Shown here: piece after piece, positions 25,526 to 37,144 of the stretch
Numbering within the stretch: the first letter of the stretch is position 1
Layout of the letters: every line of letters starts with the position of its first letter
From: Argopecten irradians
Taxonomy: Eukaryota
Reading direction: 5' to 3'
DNA length: 64,000 nucleotides
Assembly: GCF_041381155.1 (NCBI RefSeq)
Contig: NC_091144.1
Span: forward strand, 38,732,437 to 38,796,436
Notes under the pieces: generated by a model
The model's input: the letters and a program-made list of their open reading frames with translations, nothing else
Databases searched by the model: none
Told to the model about the DNA's origin: nothing
Translations under genes and position numbers: made by a program

Positions 25526-25673
25526 GACATTGACCCAGGTGATGGGAGAGATGCTGGCTGAGGCCGGTGCGATGTGTGGCTCACCGTTAATCGTGTTTAT
25601 AGATGGTATTGACTTGATGGAGAGTGCCTATCACCCAGACAACCTAGAGTGGCTGCCTGATCCCGTCCCAAAG
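25526..25673 (+). CDS. TEP1: TEP1-like exon 23, NACHT Walker B (TLTQVMGEMLAEAGAMCGSPLIVFIDGIDLMESAYHPDNLEWLPDPVPK)
   Basis: Acceptor ttttgttgtag, the last copy of the minisatellite; hhhhDGID Walker B; donor GTATAC 25674. Confidence 0.85.
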
Positions 25674-26686
25674 GTATACATTGTGGCACATTTTAACAGG
25701 CATGCTCATTCTTTTATGTCAATGCAGTAATTTCTTTTCCACAACTTTAAATTTCCCTTTTCATCGTTGCCATTTTCTCATTATATACAAATCACCTCAA
25801 ATCTCGACGGAATGCTATGGGTAAGTGGCGCTTCTCTGTGGTAATGTTTTGCAAGCAGTCTAAATAGGAGATGACCTGCCCAGATGCTAAATGGTGTCAG
25901 CGCATTCCGCGTTTTCATATAGCAGTACGCTCTGCCTCTATACCAGACGTGTATAATATTTAAGTCTGGTGTCAGGGCTAGAACGAATATACATACCCGG
26001 CCTACTATAGCTTTCGGCCGGGTACGAATTGGTGTCTACATGTCCTAGTGGAGCAGTGCCTCCGAAAATCACTTGGACACAATTTTCTATACTTTTTGTA
26101 GGTTTCCAATTATTTAATGTTTATACAAGCATTTACATAATATTTTTGTCCAAAGAAAAACATAACTTCTATTCTTAATATATACCGTACCGCTCACAAG
26201 ACGTCAAGTTCACAATTTGTAGACTTGCCATATACATTCCCTTCAACAAGACCTTTATATGTATATGTATGTTAAATAATGTCTCGCTGTAAATTAAATT
26301 TTTTATACAGTTCAGTTTTACGTCCCAGTAGGTAAGTGATATAAAACAAGTATGATAAAAAACATACCAACGCGAAATAATGTTTTCCCTGATCCTTCCT
26401 TTGCTCCATTAGCAGTAATAGGCACCAATTGTAGCTCTAAAGACGACACTACTTCCTATCTTAAAGTCTTTTGAGCTTCAATATTGCAGCTAGTGTCAGG
26501 GCCAGAGTATCGCCGGATAATAAATAGTTATTGTCAATTATATATCAGATTTTGGTGTTGGAAGAAAGTAGGTATGTTATACCAAAGGCCACTATTCATG
26601 CACTTGACCTTTGAACCCAGAGATGAGTGACCACTGATTTATTTGGCCCATTTGACTTAAGGCGTTACATCTGCTGTTTGTTACAG

Positions 26687-26863
26687 AATGTTTCGTTCGT
26701 TCTAACTGTTCTGGATGGTGGTAAATGTCACAAATCACTACAGCGCCACAAAGGTCAGGAGATTGTCGTGGGAGGGTTGGATATGTGGGACAAAGCGGAT
26801 GTGGTCAGAACTAGCCTGGCCACTCACAGGAAGACTCTGGATGAGACTCCATTTAATAACCAG
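26687..26863 (+). CDS. TEP1: TEP1-like exon 24, NACHT (NVSFVLTVLDGGKCHKSLQRHKGQEIVVGGLDMWDKADVVRTSLATHRKTLDETPFNNQ)
   Basis: Acceptor ctgctgtttgttacag; donor GTAAGT 26864. Confidence 0.85.
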
Positions 26864-26874
26864 GTAAGTTTCTC

Positions 26875-27135
26875 CCTTCAAATGTGCTTCATCTCTGAAT
26901 GTGCTCTAACTCCACAAGTACACTACATCTCTGAATATACCCTACTCCACAAAATATGCCTCATATCTGAATATACCCTACTCCACAAATACATTTATCT
27001 CCAAATATGCCGTTCTCCAAAAATACACTTCATCTCTGAATATGCCCTACTCCATAAATATACTTCATTTCCAAATATGCCCTACTCTACAAATATGCTC
27101 CACCTCAAAATATGCCCTACTACACAAATACTCCC
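26875..27135. repeat. Tandem repeat, ~37-bp unit x~7, beginning right after the exon 24 donor
   Basis: Repeated (a/c)tccacaaatacacttcatctctgaatatgccctact. Confidence 0.85.
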
Positions 27136-27595
27136 ATCTTAACAACTTCTTGTGAATAAGTAAGAGCCCTAGAGACCTGGTGTTGAGCCTGTAGCATGCT
27201 GGGATGTAGGGCTACAAAGTTTGTTCAAATATCAACTTTTGACTATTATTCAAGGTCACAGGGGTCAAATAGGCTAAAATCTTTAAATGACTTCTTCTCA
27301 ATAACTAAGAGCCCTAGATATTTGATATTGGACCTGTAGCATGCTAGGATGAAGTGCTAGCAAGTCTGTTCATGTAAATGACCTCATACATAATTCAAGG
27401 TCAAAGAGGGTCAAATTTTCATAAACCTTTAAATGACTTTGAATTCTTGTCAATACTGCAAGTGGTCGAGGGACCTGATATTGAGGCTGTAACATGGTTT
27501 GAGGAAGGGCTACCAAGTTTGTTGATATAAATGACCTTGACCTTCATTTAATGTCGGGGAGGTTCATATAGGCTACAATCTTTAACGACTTACTG
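27130..27595. repeat. Family B ~160-bp units x~3
   Basis: Same consensus as 18395-18960. Confidence 0.75.
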
Positions 27596-27800
27596 TGTAC
27601 TTCAGTTCTACTGAGTGGAATTCCAGATGAGTCAAATTATTTTCATTGGTCCATTGAATTTTGAGATAACAAGTTTCGACAGGTACTATATATTGTATTT
27701 GATTAGTCAGGTGATGTTACGGCTTATTGGGCATCTCATTGTAAATTATTAAACAACAATAATCGTTGAAAAAAACAGAAAACATTTATTGATGTTGATT

Positions 27801-28178
27801 TAAAGATGCTCCACCACCAACAGAGCATATATGATATTCATCATTTCAACAATAATTGGTGTTAAATCGTGTTTATATATGTCTAATTAACACAAAAAAT
27901 AATATAAAATAATATATTTCGTCTTTGGTGCATGCACAATCAGTAATTCATTCTACATAGGATATAGTGACACAGAATTTTTTCATCTATCTTTTCTACA
28001 TGACACAATTAATTATATTTCATGTTTTTAACTTGAAGTGAAATTAGAAGCTCAAACTTTTCAATGGTGGTAATGGTGTAAAGTAAGTAACTTTTGTAAC
28101 TGAAGAAAAATACGAATTCGTCTGCTCCTGTTTTTGATAGTTAAGATTTACCATTTGTCAGCCGTGTAGCATCTTTAA
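27801..28178. mobile_element. TIR-MITE copy 1 (~375 bp); TIR aaagatgctccaccac / gtg(t/g)agcatcttt; flanks are compatible with a TTAA or TA target site
   Basis: About 85% identical over its full length to 29019-29387; the ends are reverse-complementary. Confidence 0.65.
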
Positions 28179-28226
28179 CATACTATTATGTATTATGATG
28201 ATTCTATTTGTTGACTTGCTGTGTAG

Positions 28227-28319
28227 TTGAAGCTGTTACTATCTAAGAAGGAAGCCACTGTACCATTGTTCCTGAAGCTTGCCTGTGAGGAACTGCGGGT
28301 ATTTGGAGTGTTTGAAAAG
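28227..28319 (+). CDS. TEP1: TEP1-like exon 25 (LKLLLSKKEATVPLFLKLACEELRVFGVFEK)
   Basis: Acceptor cttgctgtgtag; donor GTTAGT 28320. Confidence 0.8.
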
Positions 28320-29018
28320 GTTAGTTTGTGTAAATATTCCGTATTTGCATATTACAGAGTTATCCGCCCTTGCGGGTAGTCACTGATTGTGACGTCATGT
28401 TTTTGCGAGAGTAACGTCATACTTTTCGGAGGAAACGACGTGAATTGAGCTCACAAAATAATGATGTAACAATTGATACCTACCTGCAAGGGAGCCAACC
28501 CTGTAACATGCAAAGACGGAATTGCAACTGTATGGTGAGTAATCTACATCAGGACAATATTTTCTCATTTTCAAAGGAAAACAGTGGGAAGGCATTAATT
28601 CTTATCCATGAAATTATAACATATAGTTCTCTTAAAACAATATCAAGAAACTGTCATTTGATAAAATTTTATCTTCCCATTTTAAAGGCCCAGTACCTTA
28701 CTGAAACAAAAAAAAAAAAAAAAAAAAATGCGAGTTTCCCTCTGCATAATCGATGAAATATTCATTTCGCTGTTTTGACGTCTGATGCAGTGATAGACCT
28801 GCAACTAACATGCATCAATTAAAAGGGTAATGAGAAGACAACTCGAGGGATGAAAATTGACATTGAAGTTATTTTTATTAAATTGTTCAGAAGGTGATGA
28901 AAAGTGTAGTATTAACGAAAATTCAGCTAATATCTTTTTCAACTCAGCAAAATTATCATGAATCGCATTTTACATTTCCATTTAAAAAAAAGCCATTTTT
29001 GGAAATGAAATGGGTCTT

Positions 29019-29387
29019 TAAAGATGCTCCACCACCGACAGAGCATAACTGATATTCATAATTTGAACAATAATTGGTGTTTAATTTTGTATATATATGC
29101 CTAATTAACACAAAAAATAACATAAAAAAACTATTTTGCCTTTGGTGTATGCGCAATCATTACTTCATTCTATATAGGATATAGTGCCACGGAATTTTTT
29201 CGGGATGCAATTAATTATTTTTCATATTTTTAACCTGAAGTAAAATAAGAAGCTTAAACTTTTCAATGGTGGTAATGGTGTAAATTTACAAGTAAGTAAC
29301 TTTTGTAACTGAAGAAAAATACTAGTTCGTCTGCTCCTGTTTTTGATCGTGAAAAAATACCATTTATCAGCGGTGGAGCATCTTTAA
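29019..29387. mobile_element. TIR-MITE copy 2 (same family as 27801-28178), in the next intron and in the same orientation
   Basis: aaagatgctccaccaccgacagagcat...cagcggtggagcatcttt. Confidence 0.65.
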
Positions 29388-29471
29388 GGTATTTGGGACC
29401 CACAAAAATAATTGGTAACACAGTTTTAAATATTATCTATACAAGTATCTCATTTCCAATGTGTTTTGTAG

Positions 29472-29604
29472 GTCAGTAACAAACTGAAGTCTCTCCCTCA
29501 TACAGTACCACACTTACTACAAGATGTATTAGGTCGTCTGGAAAATGACCTTGGCAAAGATACAGTGGTCATTGCGATGTCTCTCCTCATCTGTGCTAGG
29601 GAAG
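29472..29604 (+). CDS. TEP1: TEP1-like exon 26 (VSNKLKSLPHTVPHLLQDVLGRLENDLGKDTVVIAMSLLICARE)
   Basis: Acceptor gtgttttgtag; donor GTAAGA 29605. Confidence 0.8.
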
Positions 29605-30166
29605 GTAAGACAAGTAACTATCCAGATATCACCATGGTGGTGCATAATGTCAGTCAACAAGATTGCGAAAAGGTCGTATACGTAGCAAACTTGTATTTGG
29701 TTAGTGGGAATTAACATTTGTTACTGCTATTCCTCAAAACGTGCCTTGAAGAGATCTCTTGACTAAACTTTCATAATGATGTAGGTTTTTCTTTGTCCCT
29801 ATAGATTGTCAATTGAATTTAATTTGTGAATGAAAAGGAAACAAAATGACTGATTTCTTGGATTTTGACACTTTCTCAGAAAGTACTGAAGAGGTATATC
29901 TTCCTCTAAATTGGAACTTGTAGTGTCTTCTTGGTTCAGAGTTCAATTTTGGTATAAACCCAAACACAACATGGCAGACAGTGATCATATTGAATTTGAT
30001 AATTAATACACTACACCATTGAAAGGAGATACTGATGTGTCTTGATAATTAATACATTACACCGTCTGAAGAATATGCCAATGTTTCAATATTCCGCTTG
30101 AAATTGTATATGATAGAAGGTTATTATGAATGTGACGTTATATACATATTTTTGCTTTCTGACAAG

Positions 30167-30344
30167 GTTTGGATGCTGCAGAGCTACATGACCTGATGAG
30201 TTTGAAGTGCCTGTTAGGGAACACTAAGATTACTGTACAGGGCGTTATCAACATCTGTTTGGACCAGGAAAACCTTATACCACCCCTTATCTTCTCCCAG
30301 GTCAAAAGGGCGCTGCAGACTTTCCTCAATCCTCAGGATCGCTG
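30167..30344 (+). CDS. TEP1: TEP1-like exon 27 (LDAAELHDLMSLKCLLGNTKITVQGVINICLDQENLIPPLIFSQVKRALQTFLNPQDRW)
   Basis: Acceptor tttgctttctgacaag; donor GTATGT 30345. Confidence 0.8.
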
Positions 30345-30689
30345 GTATGTCTAATAGTTATATACTATGCTCAAAACATTTTAATTTGTATAATTTTTTT
30401 GTGTTATGATTTCTAATTGTATAGTAAATTTAATCATACTCAAAAAGACAATATGTGAGAGGCATTTGATCTTCATCATATTCATATTCCTAGGGATAGT
30501 TTTTTTTTATTCCTATCAATCTAGTCGTATAATTAATTGGTAAGATGAAAATAGAAAACAGAACCTTGATGTTATAGATTAAGAGAAAATGTCTATCATA
30601 TCAATGTAAATTAAACAAAGAACTATTAGCTGTCTGAAAATTGAACTTGAAAGCAGTTACTCTTTGATTAAACAAACAGAATTTAGTTT

Positions 30690-31049
30690 AACCCATGCAG
30701 GTCCTATTTTCACTTTGCCTGTATCCTACAGGAGTACCAGACTGAGTTTAGCCATGATGCAGGTCTTACTTTTACTTTGCCTATATTTTACATGTGTACC
30801 AAACTAAATGAATTAAGCCAATGCGGGTCCTACTTTCACTTTACCTATATTTTACATGAGTACCAAACTAAATGAATTAAGCCAATGCAGGTCCTACTTT
30901 CACTTTACCTATATTTTACATGAGTACAAGACTAAATGAATTAAGCCATTGCAGGTCCTACTTTCACTTTGCCTATATTTTACAGGAGTACCAGACTAAA
31001 TGAAATAAGCCAATGCAGGTCCTACTTTCACTTTACCTATATTTTACAG
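30690..31049. repeat. Tandem repeat, ~60-bp unit x~6. Each unit is an acceptor (tattttacag) plus the start of exon 28 (gagtaccagactaa...)
   Basis: Repeated caggtcctactttcactttacctatattttacaggagtaccagactaaatgaattaagccaatg. Confidence 0.9.
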
Positions 31050-31159
31050 GAGTACAAGGCTGAGTTTAGCCCATGCTGATATAGCCGCTGCAGTAAGACA
31101 GCGTTATCTGCGTGGATCAGCAGCAGAACAAGAGCTATCTCTTCACAAGCTACTGGCCG
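31050..31159 (+). CDS. TEP1: TEP1-like exon 28 (STRLSLAHADIAAAVRQRYLRGSAAEQELSLHKLLA)
   Basis: Acceptor tattttacag, the last copy of the ~60-bp array; donor GTATGT 31160. Confidence 0.75.
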
Positions 31160-31560
31160 GTATGTTTCTGAATCAGCGAATTCACTTTTTATTTTTTAGA
31201 ATTAACAACTTGAAGGTCTTTATTAATCAGAACTGACAAACAGAGTGTGAAATATAGCACTACAATGAAATCGGAAATTCACCAATGAGATATTAGAGCA
31301 TATAGTTGTTCCTAGCTATGGATGTGGTCGATTGCACCCGGGTATTACTCAAGTTAGTGGTAGATAAAGTCTCCAAATGGTTGTGCTTTAGATGAAAACA
31401 TTTTCGATTGTATCTTCTTGAAAACATTTCTCCGTTTGAAATTATTTGATGATAATTATCCTCGATACTGTAAAGGTTGGTTATTTGGTGTAGCGAAGCC
31501 TGTAGACTTAACGTTAAGGTGTTGTACTTGGAGTAATGAAGTAGGTGTCCCCTGGATATA

Positions 31561-32060
31561 CAGTGGAACTTGGTTGATACGAACTCGGATAATTCGAAAA
31601 CCTGGCTAAATACGAAGTACTTTGCCGGTCCCAGCCGAATCCTCTCTCTATCTTTGTTTGAAGAACTAGGATAATTTGAATTAGGAAATCTTGAAGAACT
31701 CGGATAATACAAAGTTAATGTTGGGTCCGAACGACAAAACTCATACATAAAATGTTCTTATAATTCGAAATGAGATTTTTTGGACAACGCGATCGCCAAA
31801 AATGCCGATTTCTTTTTCATAAATCTACTGTAGAACGGCATTTTGAAATAGATATCTCGATTTTATTGTTATAATTTTGCAACTACCATCGGTGGTTTTG
31901 ACATCTCTCTTGTTCACATCGTATAAAGAACATGGAACTAGTCTATATATACCAAGTAAAGAGATAGTCAGTAGACATGAGAACTCGCTTAATTCGAACA
32001 CTCGGATAACTTGAAATTTTATCTCAGTCTCTTCAAGTTTGTATTAACCAAGTTCCACTG
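31561..32060. mobile_element. Non-autonomous Tc1/mariner-like MITE (~500 bp) with ~35-bp TIRs beginning CAGTGGAACTTGGTT, flanked by a TA target-site duplication
   Basis: 5' end cagtggaacttggttgatacgaactcggataattcgaa. The 3' end is its reverse complement, ...ttcgaattaagcgagttc...aaccaagttccactg. TA present at 31559-60 and 32061-62. No transposase ORF. Confidence 0.7.
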
Positions 32061-32125
32061 TACGATGTCTAATTATAAAACTCTCTCTAGAAATGCTTCC
32101 TTAATCATATGTGATTTTATTTCAG

Positions 32126-32214
32126 GTTATTTTTACCGACAAGCTGACCCAGACAAAAACCATAGTTTCTGTGGTAACAGCACTAGAGCTTTCTGTGAGC
32201 TTCCCTATCACTTG
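32126..32214 (+). CDS. TEP1: TEP1-like exon 29 (YFYRQADPDKNHSFCGNSTRAFCELPYHL)
   Basis: Acceptor gattttatttcag; donor GTAAGT 32215. Confidence 0.8.
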
Positions 32215-32549
32215 GTAAGTTCTCATTAAAGTTGGTTACATCATGTTTTAAAGTCATGTGACCTGAAGGCTCAAGATTACCTATAGTTATTGTACCTGAA
32301 AAAAGAATCGTCTGCTGTTGTCCACTGTCCGCCATTTGCTGTCAGTAAACTTTTCACATTTTAAAACTCTGAAGTTATACCATTTTCCGTTTCTATCCAA
32401 AATCCAAGAACTCCTTTTCTGCCAGTTAGTTTTAGCTAAAACTTGCTTGAAATGATCCTGAAATGGTCCTGATCAGGTGCTGTTATTTTTGAGGTCGATC
32501 CTAAATCCAAGTCATCATGCTTCATCCATCATCATGCACCATGCTTCAA

Positions 32550-32830
32550 TAACCAAAAGGTCCAGGGTATACTCATATGGGCCTGTAGCAAGCTGGGATG
32601 AAGAGCTACTATGTTTGTTCAAATGAATGACCTTGACTGTTATACAAGGTCACAGGGTTCAAATAGGCTAAAATCTTTAAATGACCTCTTGTCAATAACT
32701 AAGAGACCTACAGATCTGATATTTGGCCTGTAGCATGCTGAGATGAAGAGATACCAAGTTTGTTCAAATGAATGACCTTGACCTTAACTCAAGGTCACTA
32801 AGGTCAAATTAGCTAAACAAATTCTCTTCC
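32550..32830. repeat. Family B ~160-bp units x~2
   Basis: Same consensus as 18395-18960. Confidence 0.75.
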
Positions 32831-33010
32831 TTTAAGTCATGATATTACATCGTGATTCACATGTGAAAGACTCACAAGTTTACACACATGGTTTTGGTTG
32901 GTTTATTTGGTCATCTAACCCAAACGATCTTCTCTAGTTGTGTGTAACTTAACCTGTCATATTTAATTACCAGGGTAATCTATGTATGATTTAACATCTG
33001 TTTGTTCCAG

Positions 33011-33125
33011 TCATGTGCTGGAGAATTTAAGGAACTGCAAGACATCCTTTGTAACATCAAGTTCATTGACAGAAAGTTTGCCCTTGGCCTTGGGCCCAGA
33101 CTGATGGACGACTTCCAGGTCAAAG
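33011..33125 (+). CDS. TEP1: TEP1-like exon 30 (SCAGEFKELQDILCNIKFIDRKFALGLGPRLMDDFQVK)
   Basis: Acceptor ctgtttgttccag; donor GTAGCA 33126. Confidence 0.8.
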
Positions 33126-33419
33126 GTAGCATGAATACATTAACATATTTTCACCAATATTTTCCAATTTCAAAAAAAATTTGAAACAATATTTCAGTAA
33201 CAGTTCTATCCATGAGAAAAGTATTTCATAGTTTTGTAAAGGAAACCTAGGATTTAATTTTGCAGTATATACCAATTCCTCTAAATTCAATATTCACAGA
33301 TAAATAAGTTTTAATGTTGTCAATGTATAGATATCTTTTCAATTAAGTTTGAGTGTAATTTCTTGGGAGAGATGTCATTTGGGATAAGGGTACACAGTAC
33401 ACAGAGTTACGACATTGGT

Positions 33420-33790
33420 ACGATTATGTAATGGCGCGTCGTCTGTCCTCCAGCGTCTGTCAACTTTTCACAAAAATCCCTACTTCTCATAAACGGCTGA
33501 ATGGATTTTCATCAAATTTGGTCTGGAGCTTCCTTGGGTGAAGGGGAACCAATCTTGTATAAACAGGACCCTGGCCCCCAAGGGGCCTGAGGGGCGGGAT
33601 CCAATAGGGGAAATATAGCAAATTATTTAAAATCCTTCTTCTTCTGTGGGAATGAAGGGATTTAGCTCTAATCTGATGCTTCCTTGAGTGAAGTGGAACC
33701 AATTTTGTATAAACTGTGGGGCTGTTCCCCCAGGGGCCAAAGGGGCGGGGCTCTATAGAGAAAATATAGCAAATTCTTTAAAATCTATAT
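33420..33790. mobile_element. Family A: one copy plus a tandem partial duplication of the 3' module
   Basis: atggcgcgtcgtctgtcctcc...caaatttggtctggagcttccttgggtgaaggggaaccaatcttgtataaacagg...ggggcgggatccaatagggg, repeated. Confidence 0.6.
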
Positions 33791-33980
33791 GTAGAAATAG
33801 ATTGAGTTCAATTCTAAAGCCTTCAAGTTGGTAGCTTGTGTTCTTAGCCTGAAACAGGTGAGCGATGCAGGCCCAATGGGGCTCTTGTTTTTATAAGCGG
33901 CTATGCAGTAATGGTCCCAGAATTATGAAGAATTATGATTAAATAAGTTGTAAATAGTGATTGACTTAAAGTCATTTCAG

Positions 33981-34086
33981 TTTTTAGTAACAAAGCGCTG
34001 GATAAGGAACAAAACAAGATGATGATGTCGGACAGTTTCCAGCAATTCAAAATGTTTGTGTCGAGAAACATGCATATATTGACCAG
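33981..34086 (+). CDS. TEP1: TEP1-like exon 31 (VFSNKALDKEQNKMMMSDSFQQFKMFVSRNMHILTR)
   Basis: Acceptor gtcatttcag at 33971-33980 is the only one giving an open frame with the correct phase; donor GTATGT 34087. Confidence 0.65.
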
Positions 34087-34356
34087 GTATGTCTGTAGTT
34101 GAGCTGAAGTGGCCAAGTAGTCACCACATATTACCAATAGCCTGCCACCTCTTGAGTCCAGAATTAAAAACACATGTGCCACAGTTGTTGCCTACTGACC
34201 AATGCAATCAGTTCGATTAATTAGGGGTATTCGAGGAATAAAAGTTCGAGTTAAAGGGGTTATACTGGGCTTAAGCATTATGCAAAGAGGGAAAAAGAGA
34301 CAAATATTTATGTGTAACTTGTGTTTTCATCGTTTGATTATGTGTTATTTGAACAG

Positions 34357-34519
34357 TTACCCGGGTCTGGCATGGCAGCAGGCCATTAATGGACCGTCAC
34401 ACTCGCTTCCCGCTCAACAAGCTGGCAGTTTACAAAGCGGCACCAAGCAGTATGTCGAGTGGAACAACAAACCAGAAACTAAGGATCCATGCTATCTTAC
34501 AATGGACAATCTACCACAG
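34357..34519 (+). CDS. TEP1: TEP1-like exon 32 (YPGLAWQQAINGPSHSLPAQQAGSLQSGTKQYVEWNNKPETKDPCYLTMDNLPQ)
   Basis: Acceptor ttatttgaacag; donor GTAAAA 34520. Confidence 0.8.
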
Positions 34520-34626
34520 GTAAAAAAAATCTTAACGATTGAAGGGTCAAAACCATCTATAGAATAGAGTTATTCTAACCCTAACCTATTTGATGTGTTC
34601 TATAACTTTTATTTCCTGTTTTACAG

Positions 34627-34722
34627 CCAGTTATGTGTGTAGCCATCAGCCAAGACTCTGAGTACTTTGTGTGTGGAGGTCTGGACGGATTGGTACGACT
34701 TTACAATATGGACACAGGCAAT
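34627..34722 (+). CDS. TEP1: TEP1-like exon 33, WD40 (PVMCVAISQDSEYFVCGGLDGLVRLYNMDTGN)
   Basis: Acceptor tcctgttttacag; donor GTAAGT 34723, which is followed by ~23 tandem copies of the donor region. Confidence 0.85.
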
Positions 34723-36125
34723 GTAAGTAATCAAAGTACTGAAAGTACTGATACAGAATGTAAAGTCAGGCCATGTAATAATCAAAGTACTGAAAGTACT
34801 GACAAGAAATGTAAAGTCAGGCAATGTAATAATCAAAGTACTGAAAGTACTGACACTGAAATGTAAAGTCAGGCCATGTAATAATCAAAGTACTGAAAGT
34901 ACTGACATGGAATGTAAAGTCAGGCAATGTAAGTAATCAAAGTACTGAAAGTACTGACAAGAAATGTAAAGTCAGGCAATGTAATAATCAAAGTACTGAA
35001 AGTACTGACACAGAATGTAAAGTCAGGCCATGTAATAATCAAAGTACTGAAAGTACTGACAAGAAATGTAAAGTCAGGCAATGTAATAATCAAAGTACTG
35101 AAAGTACTGATACAGAATGTAAAGTCAGGCCATGTAATAATCAAAGTACTGAAAGTACTGACAAGAAATGTAAAGTCAGGCCATGTAATAATCAAAGTAC
35201 TGAAAGTACTGACAAGAAATGTAAAGTCAGGCAATGTAATAATCAAAGTACTGAAAATACTGACTCTGAATGTAAAGTCAGGCCATGTAATAATCAAAGT
35301 ACTGAAAGTACTGACATGGAATGTAAAGACAGGCAATGTAATAATCAAAGTACTGAAAGTACTGACACGGAATGTGAAGTCAGGCAATGTAATAATCAAA
35401 GTACTGAAAGTTACTGACACTGAATGTAAAGTCAGGCAATGTAATTAATCAAAGTACTGAAAGTACTGACATGGAATGTAAAGTCAGGTCATGTAATAAT
35501 CAAAGTACTGAAAGTACTGACAAGAAATGTAAAGTCAGGTCATGTAATAATCAAAGTACTGAAAGTGCTGACAAGGAATGTAAAGTCAGGCAATGTAATA
35601 ATCAAAGTACTGAAAATACTGACACTGAATGTAAAGTCAGGCCATGTAATAATCAAAGTACTGAAAGTACTGACATGGAATGTAAAGACAGGCAATGTAA
35701 TAATCAAAGTACTGAAAGTACTGACATGGAATGTGAAGTCAGGCAATGTAATAATCAAAGTACTGAAAGTACTGACACTGAATGTAAAGTTAGGCAATGT
35801 AATTAATCAAAGTACTGAAAGTACTGACACTGAATGTAAAGACAGGCCATGTAATTAATCAAAGTACTGAAAGTACTGAAAGTACTGACACTGAATGTAA
35901 AGTCAGGAAATGTAATAATCAAAGTACTGAAAGTACTGACATGGAATGTAAAGTCAGGCAATGTAATAATCAAAGTACTGAAAGTACTGACACTGAATGT
36001 AAAGTCAGGCAATGTAATTAATCAAAGTACTGAAAGAAATGTAATAATAAAAGTACTGAAAGTACTGACATGGAATGTAAAGTCAGGCAATGTAATTAAT
36101 CAAAGTACTGACACAGAATGCAGGT
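34723..36125. repeat. Minisatellite, 60-bp unit x~23. Each unit is the end of exon 33 plus the donor (caggcaatgtaa(g/t)taatcaaagtactgaaagtactgac...). Open in the exon frame as a 20-aa repeat CNNQSTESTDxECKVRx
   Basis: Period 60. Starts at the exon 33 donor. A further diverged exon-end copy lies at 36178-36205 (atggacacaggtaatgtaagtaat). Confidence 0.95.
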
Positions 36126-36221
36126 AAAATCCTGCTCATAATTAAAGTACTTGGACAACATAAGTAAAAACCTGCTCATAAACATGGACACAGGTAATGT
36201 AAGTAATGCTAGAATTGAATA

Positions 36222-36994
36222 CTGTAAACCAACTTCTATTCGTGTGCGATTTACTTTTGCGAATTTCACGATCAACTAAAAATTGCAAAAGTTAATCTCT
36301 GCGAGTTATTATCGATACATTTGTATGGCTGAATAGTTCAAAAATGCTTTGTTAAAATTAAGATGATCATATTTGTTCAGAAGTATAATATCTATGTTCA
36401 AACTAAATAAACAATACACAGTTCAGTAAATCTAAACTTGATAATCCCAAAATGCTACCGTCCGTATGAGACGGTGTTTGTGTCGGCCGCCATGACATGC
36501 CAGGCGGAAATCATTATCGATGCATTAGTTTTGTTTCAGTGAGGGGACAAAAGGGGTCACTTCAGTTCCAGAGATTTTAGATCTCAAGTCCCTGAATTTT
36601 GAGTTATGGTATCCTTTTTAGCAACATGTAGTAGATGTTGTTTTGTTTTGTTTTAACTACACTAATACTGACATGTTTACACAAAGACTCAAGGCATACT
36701 GATCGTCACCAGTACTGGCAGATTCTATTGTTAGTTGTGTGTGAACGTGAGTTCTATTCTGTCGTACTGTACGTGTTTGTATAGGGATTAACACTTAGGC
36801 ATGTTACAAATGAGATACATTTACTTTATACAAACGCAAGTAAATGGCTATAGTCTGTTTCACAAAAACAGATCTGTAATACCTTATCAATACTTTATGT
36901 CAGGAAAGGTAATGGACCAATAGTCTGATCCCCAAAAGTTAATCTCTGCGAATTTGTTTTGAAACGGAAATCACGAATAAAAGTTGGTTTACAG
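36222..36994. mobile_element. Non-autonomous TIR element (~770 bp) with long (~80 bp) terminal inverted repeats (ctgtaaaccaacttctattcgtg...), flanked by TA
   Basis: 5' end ctgtaaaccaacttctattcgtgtgcgatttacttttgcgaatttcacgatc...gttaatctctgcgag. Its reverse complement lies at 36940-36994. TA flanks both ends. Confidence 0.65.
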
Positions 36995-37144
36995 TAGTGG
37001 GTTTATGGATGAATAAACAAATTGTCACTTAGTTTGTAATAAGCCTACACTCAAAACTGAAAAAGAACAGTCCATTTTGGTGAATTTTGCAAAGGTAAAT
37101 TTCTTTTTTTGATGTGAATAACTCAAGTGCTACTGTTGTTCCAG

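Noticed and set aside
26627-27142. 171-aa plus-strand ORF
   Set aside because: It reads from intron through exon 24 into the downstream 37-bp repeat. Only 26687-26863 is supported as exon by splice sites and domain content.
31293-31748. 151-aa minus-strand ORF inside the Tc1-like MITE
   Set aside because: It has no DDE or transposase-like motifs and a low-complexity composition. The element is judged non-autonomous.
33988-33990. Closer acceptor tttttag for exon 31
   Set aside because: It gives an immediate in-frame TGA with the required phase. The upstream acceptor at 33980 yields an open frame.
34920-36012. Minus-strand ORFs (166, 85 and 69 aa) of TFSTLIITLPDF repeats
   Set aside because: They are the reverse strand of the 60-bp donor-site minisatellite, a low-complexity artefact.
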